A stretch of 64,000 bases of DNA, taken from Longimicrobiales bacterium (GTDB taxonomy: Bacteria > Gemmatimonadota > Gemmatimonadetes > Longimicrobiales > Gaopeijiaceae). Location: NCBI GenBank assembly GCA_965238005.1, contig OZ250165.1:3072001-3136000 (forward strand), written 5' to 3'. The position numbers were made by a program, and so were the translations under genes. Positions 57,560-64,000 of the stretch are shown piece after piece; position 1 is the first letter of the stretch, and every line of letters begins with the position of its first letter. Under the pieces are notes generated by a model, which saw nothing but the letters and a program-made list of their open reading frames with translations, did no database searches and was not told the DNA's origin.

Positions 57560-59077
57560 ATGAGACGAATACGGCTTACGGAAGGCAAGGGGCGACTCTT
57601 CGCCCTTACGCTGGCCGCCGCGTCCATCCTCCCTCTCACCGATGCGTCGGCTGCCGTGACGGCGTCACCGTCCAGTGGCGGCGGCGTGGATCAGCAAGCC
57701 GAGATCGAGGGCACCGCCTCGGCACTCCAGCTCGGAAACGCCTTCGCCGCGGTGGCCGACGCCGTTCAGCCAGCTGTCGTCTTCATAAGGGTCGAGACGG
57801 TGACCACGGGACTCCGGCCACCGCGGGGCATGCCGACAAGTCTGCAGGACGCCTTCGCCGGTGTGTTTCCCCGCTCCAGCACCACCACGGGAACGGGGTT
57901 CATCATCCTCCCCGACGGCTACATCGTCACCAACCATCACGTCGTCGACGGCGCGCGTCGCGTGTTCGTGCGTCTCTTCGACGGTCGTGAGTACGAAGCC
58001 GAGATCGTCGGAGAGGACGCTCTTAGCGACATCGCGGTCCTGCGGATCGACGAGACCGATCTCCCGACGGCGTTCCTGGGCGACTCCGATCAGGTTCGAG
58101 TGGGCGAGTGGGTCCTGGCCATCGGCAACCCCATGGGGAACACGCTCATGTTCAGCGTGACGGCCGGAATCGTGAGCGCCACCGACCGTTCCATAGTCTT
58201 GCGCGGCTCGGCGGGCTCGGTGCAGGAATTCATCCAGACCGACGCCGTAGCCAACAGCGGCAACTCGGGGGGCCCATTAGTGGACCTCTACGGCCACATC
58301 GTCGGCATGAACTCGGCCATCGCGAGCCGGTCCGGATACTATCAGGGGTACACCTTGGCCATCCCGGCCAACCTAATCCTCCCGGTCGTATCGCAGCTCA
58401 TTGAACAGGGGCATGTCACACGGGGTGTGCTGGGCGCGGCCACGTCCCGGGCGACCGTGGAGGACGCGGTCGCCGTGGGCCTCGACACCGTCTGTGGCGT
58501 CGTGGTGCAGGACGTGGGCGACGAGAACAGCCCGGCGTACCGATCGGGGCTCCGCCCGGGCGACGTGATCGTCGAAGTCGACGGTTGGCGTGTGATGTCC
58601 GTGGCCCAGTTCCAACGGAGCATCTGGTTCAAGGCGCCGGGCGACAGCGTAGTCCTGCTGGTGCATCGGGACGCCGGTGTCCCCGAGACCCTGACGGTGT
58701 ATCTGGGCGCCGAGGAGACCGATGATCGTACGGTTTCGGCGCGGGCGGAGCACAGCCAGCGTGAAATGGAGTTGCCGTGCGCAAACAACCCGCTTGGTGT
58801 CTGCCTCGTGGCGTTCGAGAAGGCGCTCGGCCTGCCGAGGAACATCGACGCGGAGGACGCCGGACCCGTGGTGACGGGCGTCTACCCGGCCGGCCCGTCC
58901 TATGGCAAGATCTTCGCCGACTACGACATCATCACCCACGTCCACGACGTGCGCGTTCGTTCCGAGCGCGATCTCGAGGACGCACTGCGCGACGCCAACG
59001 AGGGTGACATCGTGTCTGTCCAGACCTACCGCTTCCACTCGGACGAAACCGGATTCGCCCGAATCCGAATTCGTTGA
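57560..59077 (+). CDS. HtrA/DegP-family serine protease with PDZ domains
   Basis: GTGFI, TNHHV, DIAVL, GNSGGPL, SPA..SGL.PGDVI. Confidence 0.92.
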   Translation: MRRIRLTEGKGRLFALTLAAASILPLTDASAAVTASPSSGGGVDQQAEIEGTASALQLGNAFAAVADAVQPAVVFIRVETVTTGLRPPRGMPTSLQDAFAGVFPRSSTTTGTGFIILPDGYIVTNHHVVDGARRVFVRLFDGREYEAEIVGEDALSDIAVLRIDETDLPTAFLGDSDQVRVGEWVLAIGNPMGNTLMFSVTAGIVSATDRSIVLRGSAGSVQEFIQTDAVANSGNSGGPLVDLYGHIVGMNSAIASRSGYYQGYTLAIPANLILPVVSQLIEQGHVTRGVLGAATSRATVEDAVAVGLDTVCGVVVQDVGDENSPAYRSGLRPGDVIVEVDGWRVMSVAQFQRSIWFKAPGDSVVLLVHRDAGVPETLTVYLGAEETDDRTVSARAEHSQREMELPCANNPLGVCLVAFEKALGLPRNIDAEDAGPVVTGVYPAGPSYGKIFADYDIITHVHDVRVRSERDLEDALRDANEGDIVSVQTYRFHSDETGFARIRIR

Positions 59078-59296
59078 CTTACTCCGCTTGCGGCGGTACG
59101 ACCTCTGCCGAGAAGCACGGCTTCACGAGCGTAAGATCATGGGACGGATTGGCGGACTACGTTCGAAGCCGGATGGAAGAGGGTGTGACGACGCTTTATT
59201 TGGATGTGTCACGACGTCCGGAGTCGATGGGCAATCCACGGGGGTTCCGCCCCGTTGCGGGCTCGACTTCGCTTTAGCGCACCGCCGTCTTTCGGA

Positions 59297-59512
59297 GAGG
59301 CAGCCCGCACACACTGGCACCGCCACGACGACGTCTAGGTCCTCTTCGGCCTCAGCGGGAAGTGCGTGGTGGTGAACCGTATGGGAAGCGAGGTCCCGCT
59401 GAAACCGGGCGATGTGGTCGTCATCGATCCCGAAGAAGAGCATCGGCACGGGGCGGCGCCGGGGACGGACGGGGAGCACCTCGCCATCAATCTGGGGTCC
59501 GACACGACCTAG
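59297..59512 (+). pseudogene. Cupin pseudogene with nonsense codons, interrupted by IS1182
   Basis: RTHWHRHDDV*VLF..SG, PGDVV.I.P.EEH.HGA, HLAI. Confidence 0.72.
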
Positions 59513-61113
59513 GAGTCTGCGCCGCAGAAGCACAGCTGACTGAGCCGAATGGTCATCGAGCCGTCCGCGGCGAGGCGGATCCGGGTGATTGGGAGGTTGA
59601 GGACTTGTGTCTGCGACGGATCGGGAGAGCGGAATGGATGCGTTGGGGGGGCAAGAGAGCTACGAGAGCCCTCGCGCCGGCAGATGCGGGTGAACCCTCG
59701 TGCAGTCATGCCGCCTGAAGGGTGTGCAGCCGCTTCACATTGAGTGCCAGGCACACGAGGGTCCACTCGGCCCGGACCTTCTCGAGGCCCCGGAAGCTGA
59801 ATCGTCGAAAGCCCATCACTTCCTTGATCCAGCCGATGGGCGCCTCGGCCTGCGACTTTCGCCGTGCGTAGCGTCTGCGGCCATCTTCGCTCGCCAGCTT
59901 CTCCGCCATGCGGACTTTCGCCGGATATTCCTCCTTGTCAACCGTGGGGGCGGCCTTGCCCTCCCGGGCCAGCGCCACATACCCGTCGATGTCTCGCTCT
60001 TCCAGTTCCTCGAGATCCCGCTCGTTGCAATAGCCCGTGTCCGCCAGCACCTGCGCCGGCGTCTCGCCGTACGCTTGCGCCACCGCGTCGACCATGGGCA
60101 CCAGCTGGCCCTGGTCGCTCGCGTTGTCCGTCACCTCGGCCCCGACCACCAGCTGGTTCTCCCCCTCCACGACCGTCTGTGCGTTGTAGCACTGCTGGAA
60201 CCCCTCCGAACTCGTCTTCATGATCCGGCTCTCAGGGTCCGTGAAGTTGCTCTGCGCCGCCTCGTCCGGCTCTCCGTACTCCCGCTTGTAGGGCCTGCCG
60301 CCCTTCGGGTTGCGCGTCTGCCCCGGCTTGCGGCCCCGTGCGTCGTCCGCCGCTCTCTGCTCGGCTTCCAGGCGCGCCTTCGCCTCCCGGATCGCCGCCA
60401 GCCGGTCCTCGCGCCGCTTGAGCTCCTCCGGCACCTCGTCTCCGCATGCTTCCTCGCCGTAGCGCTCGTCTTCCGCTTCGTCCACCGCCTCGGCCCTCTC
60501 CAACAGCCCCCGGATCTCCGCCTCCAGCCGAGGCTCCCCGGTCACCATCCGGCCGTAGCTCATCGCCTTGCGCTTGTTCGCGTTCGCCCGAACCTTCGTC
60601 CCGTCCACCGACACCCTGCCAAGCCCCGCCAGCCCCAAGGCCCGCGCGAGCATCACCACCTCCACAAACACCGCCCGGAAATCCCCGAGATGGCACTTGC
60701 GGAACTCGCACAGCGTCCGGTGCTTCGGGAAGTTCTCCGCCGCCAGCATCCGAAACGCGACATCCTCCTCCAGCTTCCTCGCCATCTTCCGCGACGAGAA
60801 GGTGCCCGTCGCATACGCGTAGATCAGCACCTTGACCATCATCCGAGGGTCGTACGGCGAGTTGCGCCGCCCGTCCCCCCGGTACCGCCCGTAGAACGCG
60901 CTCAGCTCCACCGCGTCCACCAGGTCGCTCACATGGTGCGCCAAATGACCCTCCGACACCCACTCCCGAAGATCCGGAGGCAGCAACAACATCTGCTCCG
61001 GATCGTACGGTCGAAATGTCGTTCCCATTCACCCCCCTCGGTGATCCGCAAGCCTTCCCAATGCCTTCGCTACCACCAAAGATAGCCGCCGCAGGGTTCT
61101 GCGGCGCAGACTC
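59513..61113 (-). mobile_element. IS1182-family element, copy 2 (inverted)
   Basis: Same TIRs, CTAG at 59509-59512 and 61114-61117; 2 bp shorter than copy 1 in a homopolymer. Confidence 0.92.
59706..61028 (-). CDS. IS1182-family transposase
   Basis: Matches copy 1 except R>C and M>T. Confidence 0.93.
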   Translation of the reverse strand: MGTTFRPYDPEQMLLLPPDLREWVSEGHLAHHVSDLVDAVELSAFYGRYRGDGRRNSPYDPRMMVKVLIYAYATGTFSSRKMARKLEEDVAFRMLAAENFPKHRTLCEFRKCHLGDFRAVFVEVVMLARALGLAGLGRVSVDGTKVRANANKRKAMSYGRMVTGEPRLEAEIRGLLERAEAVDEAEDERYGEEACGDEVPEELKRREDRLAAIREAKARLEAEQRAADDARGRKPGQTRNPKGGRPYKREYGEPDEAAQSNFTDPESRIMKTSSEGFQQCYNAQTVVEGENQLVVGAEVTDNASDQGQLVPMVDAVAQAYGETPAQVLADTGYCNERDLEELEERDIDGYVALAREGKAAPTVDKEEYPAKVRMAEKLASEDGRRRYARRKSQAEAPIGWIKEVMGFRRFSFRGLEKVRAEWTLVCLALNVKRLHTLQAA

Positions 61114-61196
61114 CTAGCTCGATGCCAGCTGACGAGCGATGGTGCCGCGTCGATCATCCTCGCCGCGTGATCCGGTTCAACTCCACGTGATGCAGT

Positions 61197-61766
61197 TCAT
61201 CTCCACGGGTAGGAACCGGCCATCTCCGCGCCGTCCTTCGACTCCAGCATCAGCTCCATGAACCGCTCCCACGAGTGCCAGCTGGTGGTCCGGCTGTACA
61301 CCGAGTTGGTCTTGTGGGCGATCACCAGATCCACGGCAGGCAGCACCGTGATCCACTGTCCCACGGCGCCGCGGGCCGTGTAGGCTCCCGCAAAAGGACC
61401 CACCGCCCGGGGGCCGTCCCAGACCCACCACATGGTTCCGTAGCCGAAGTACCCGCCCCGGCGGCCGATGGGGTTCATCTCCTCGAGCGGAGTTAGGTAC
61501 GAGAGCTCCTCCACGTCGCCGAATTGGAAGACGACTCGTCCCCGATCGACGACGATCAGGCCCGTGGTGTTGGAGCTGTGGCGGATGAACTCCCAGGCGT
61601 CCTGCAGTCCCTCGCTCGACCACCCGTAGGCTTTGAGGGCTCGGCCATCTCTCCAAACGTACTCCCACCGCTCCCCGGGGTAGACCGGATCCCGGGAGAC
61701 CTGGGCCTCGGTCTGGCATCCGACGAGTACGCCCCCGAGGACCGTAAGGAAGATGGATGCGCGCAT
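61197..61766 (-). pseudogene. Serine hydrolase (beta-lactamase-like) lipoprotein with in-frame deletion of the catalytic core
   Basis: LVGC, YPG..W, GL.V...G.VV...GD....YL joined to YG.MWW, A.G..GQ.I.V.P..DLV; no SxxK. Confidence 0.72.
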
Positions 61767-61776
61767 GAATCCCAAA

Positions 61777-61818
61777 GCCCTCGACTGGCCGAGACACTTT
61801 GGCAACGGGATTTACTAG
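61777..61818. repeat. Solo MITE right end
   Basis: gccctcgactggccgagacactttggcaacggga...actag matches the 3' end of copy 2. Confidence 0.8.
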
Positions 61819-62035
61819 CAGTCGTCGTGACCCTCGCCCGGCGCGGTCAACACGGTGGACTCTTCGATTGAGAGGAGTGGTCTCATATTGGTTCCTCGGG
61901 CGAGAGGGCATCGTAGCTACGACACGTCCTTCGGCCAAAACGCTGAATGCTTCACACCACGCACCAAGTAAGTCGAGCGACGCGTGGCGAGCTCCGGCGT
62001 TGCCTCGGTAGTGATTGCCCGGTATTGAATGATCT

Positions 62036-62911
62036 GTGAAAGCCCTCGTCACTCGGCTGAAGAGCCTGGCCCTCTACCCTCTCTGGACGGAAACCGACGC
62101 CCACAGGTCTCGTCGACGCTGTCAGCTCCTTGTGTCCATGCCTTTCGTCCTCTTGGGGGGTTTGACCTGGGGTTGGTTTTCTGCACCGGCCATCGGCCAG
62201 GGGTCCGGGCTCTTGTGGAGCGCCCTGGGGGCCTCGGGCTTCGGACTCTTCTTCTACCTGGAGCAAAGGCTCGTCCCGGCCGTGGCGTCGATGGCCGACC
62301 GCATCGGGCTGGGCGGCTTGGCGGTCCTGGCGTGGGAAGTCGGAGTGGTCGGCGGTCTCATCTTCCTCTTCACCAGTGTCCTGGGCGCCCCAGTCGTCCC
62401 GGCGGTAGCCATTGCCATCGGTGTCGGAGCGACCTACAGCCTCGCCATGGAGTACCTCGTCTGTGGCTCGGGCGCGGACCACATGGTGAACCTTCTGGGC
62501 GTCGGCCGTGGCTGGTCCGGTGCCAGGGGATCGGACTACTCCCACCCAGAAGCGCTGGCGAAACGGGGGGACATGGAGGGTGCGGCGGAGATCTACAAAG
62601 AGGCCATCCGGATGAACCGGCAGGACCCCCTGCCCTACCTTCGGCTGGCGCGTATCCGCATTCGGATGGGCGTCCACGAAGAGGCCATCGACATCCTACG
62701 CACGGCCTTGCAGGTGGCGCGCCTCAGCACCAACGAAGAGGCTATGGTCGTCCGGCAGATCCATGAGATCTGCTCTACGCAGCTCGGAGATCCCGCGCGT
62801 GCCGCTCCCGATCTCGCCCGATATCTGGAGCGCCAACCCGAAGGCGAGCACAGGGAGTGGGCACACCACGAGCTCATCTACATCAAGGGGCGCATCCGCG
62901 GAGATGGCTGA
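62036..62911 (+). CDS. Membrane protein with C-terminal TPR-like helices
   Basis: 4 TM, then AL..RGD.EGA...Y..AI...P.PYLRLA. Confidence 0.7.
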   Translation: MKALVTRLKSLALYPLWTETDAHRSRRRCQLLVSMPFVLLGGLTWGWFSAPAIGQGSGLLWSALGASGFGLFFYLEQRLVPAVASMADRIGLGGLAVLAWEVGVVGGLIFLFTSVLGAPVVPAVAIAIGVGATYSLAMEYLVCGSGADHMVNLLGVGRGWSGARGSDYSHPEALAKRGDMEGAAEIYKEAIRMNRQDPLPYLRLARIRIRMGVHEEAIDILRTALQVARLSTNEEAMVVRQIHEICSTQLGDPARAAPDLARYLERQPEGEHREWAHHELIYIKGRIRGDG

Positions 62912-62918
62912 CGCTCCC

Positions 62919-64000
62919 TCACCGGATCGGGATCGACACCGTCACCCGGTGGGTGAGCGCGCGGGCATCCTGTAGCGTCAGCGGACCGCTGGGCGCGACG
63001 ATGAAGTCGGCGTCCATCGCTGCCTGGGCTCGCGGCCCCGTCCACTGCACTCCCGGACGCCCCGACCCCGTCGTCATGCGGGCTACGTAGCCGAGCTCGA
63101 ACTCCGGGAACTTTACCTTCGCTCCGAAACTCGGCGTCCACTCCATCCAGCTCTCGTCCTCGTCTCGCAAGGTGTTCTCGATGTTGTCGCGCTGCTCGAG
63201 AGTGTAGTCGTAGGAGCGCACCTCTACGCCCACCTGGAACGTGAGCCGCTCCGTCTCGTGAGCCAGCCCGAGGCGCATCTGCACATTCGTGAAGAAGAAC
63301 TCGTTCTCGATCGTCTTCTCGCCCTTGTTGATGACGGCGCCGTCGGCCGACGTGGTATCGGCTTCCGCCTCCACCCAGGTGTCGCTCCAGATGGGCTCGA
63401 AGACGAGGTCGATGCCGAACGTCACCGGCCCGCTCGACTTCGCGATGCCAATGCCAAAGTCGTAGGCCCACGAGATGCCCGGATCCCAGGGGATGTTCAT
63501 GATCTCGTAGTTGGGGATCTTGGGATGGGACTTCCGGTTCACGGTCCACGTCCCCCCGATCCGCCATCCACTCTCGGTGATGGGCCGAGCGAATCCCAGC
63601 TGGAAACCCGTCGTGCGGGCCTTGTCTTCGTTGGTCTCGAGACGGGTGGTGAGGATCGGAACCATGTCCGTGTCGTCCCAGACCCAGTCGATGTAGGTGA
63701 CGTCGTGGGTCATGCTGAAGCGGTTATGGACGATCACCGCTTCGAAGTGCCGTCCCTCCCGGTTGGAGAACAAGCCGAGACGGTAATCCGCCGCATGGCC
63801 CGACTGGTCGATTCCGTCGGCCAGCGAGTAGAGATGTTCCACGCCGTCCAACGCCTCGAGGCCGGACCACGAGACGCCGGCGCCCAGCGACAATCCGGTC
63901 TCCCCGAGCTCCAGGCCGATGACGCCGTCGGCGTACACGTTCGTGGCTGACAGCTCGTTCAGCCGCGCCGGGGGGCCGACCCAGACGGCATCGACCGGAA
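62919..64000 (-). CDS. Putative outer-membrane beta-barrel protein, 3' part (start outside the window)
   Basis: Long open frame with alternating beta-strand pattern ending HRVTVSIPIR. Confidence 0.6.
   Translation of the reverse strand, partial: PVDAVWVGPPARLNELSATNVYADGVIGLELGETGLSLGAGVSWSGLEALDGVEHLYSLADGIDQSGHAADYRLGLFSNREGRHFEAVIVHNRFSMTHDVTYIDWVWDDTDMVPILTTRLETNEDKARTTGFQLGFARPITESGWRIGGTWTVNRKSHPKIPNYEIMNIPWDPGISWAYDFGIGIAKSSGPVTFGIDLVFEPIWSDTWVEAEADTTSADGAVINKGEKTIENEFFFTNVQMRLGLAHETERLTFQVGVEVRSYDYTLEQRDNIENTLRDEDESWMEWTPSFGAKVKFPEFELGYVARMTTGSGRPGVQWTGPRAQAAMDADFIVAPSGPLTLQDARALTHRVTVSIPIR

Noticed and set aside
47447..61113. Composite transposon that imported the 10.5-kb cargo
   Set aside because: Each copy has its own CTAG pair and the cupin seems to continue across copy 2, favouring independent insertions

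Overview
High-GC bacterial chromosomal window; gene content suggests Gemmatimonadota-like origin (inference). No rRNA, tRNA or CRISPR array was recognised. (i) 1-19.7 kb: two cobalamin-dependent radical SAM enzymes, a radical SAM/SPASM enzyme, a deaminase-type amidohydrolase and a methyltransferase. These adjoin a Wzx/Wzy polysaccharide operon that also carries an NTP_transf_5 nucleotidyltransferase, an HprK-like kinase, a GT9 and an HExxH membrane protein. An IS481 sits at a deletion or misjoin inside the operon. (ii) 21-34 kb: transport genes (TRAP dctP and dctQM, cstA + CC-terminal small protein + ArsA/Get3-like ATPase, MFS, USP + ArsB/NhaD-type permease). (iii) 34.5-37.6 kb: a compact operon of an orphan pseudopilin, a HAMP/HD-GYP membrane protein and two paralogous lipoproteins. 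(iv) 37.6-64 kb: an eroding accessory region with exported amino-acid enzymes, an ADP-ribosylglycohydrolase + phosphatase pair, a membrane-anchored Hsp70-subdomain-IIB-like mini protein, two near-identical inverted IS1182 copies, and several genes shortened by in-frame internal deletions. A 186-bp CTAG-targeting MITE (2 full copies, 4 solo ends) is spread across the window. Five frameshifts fall in homopolymers and may be long-read errors. All functional calls are motif-based by eye; no searches were run.
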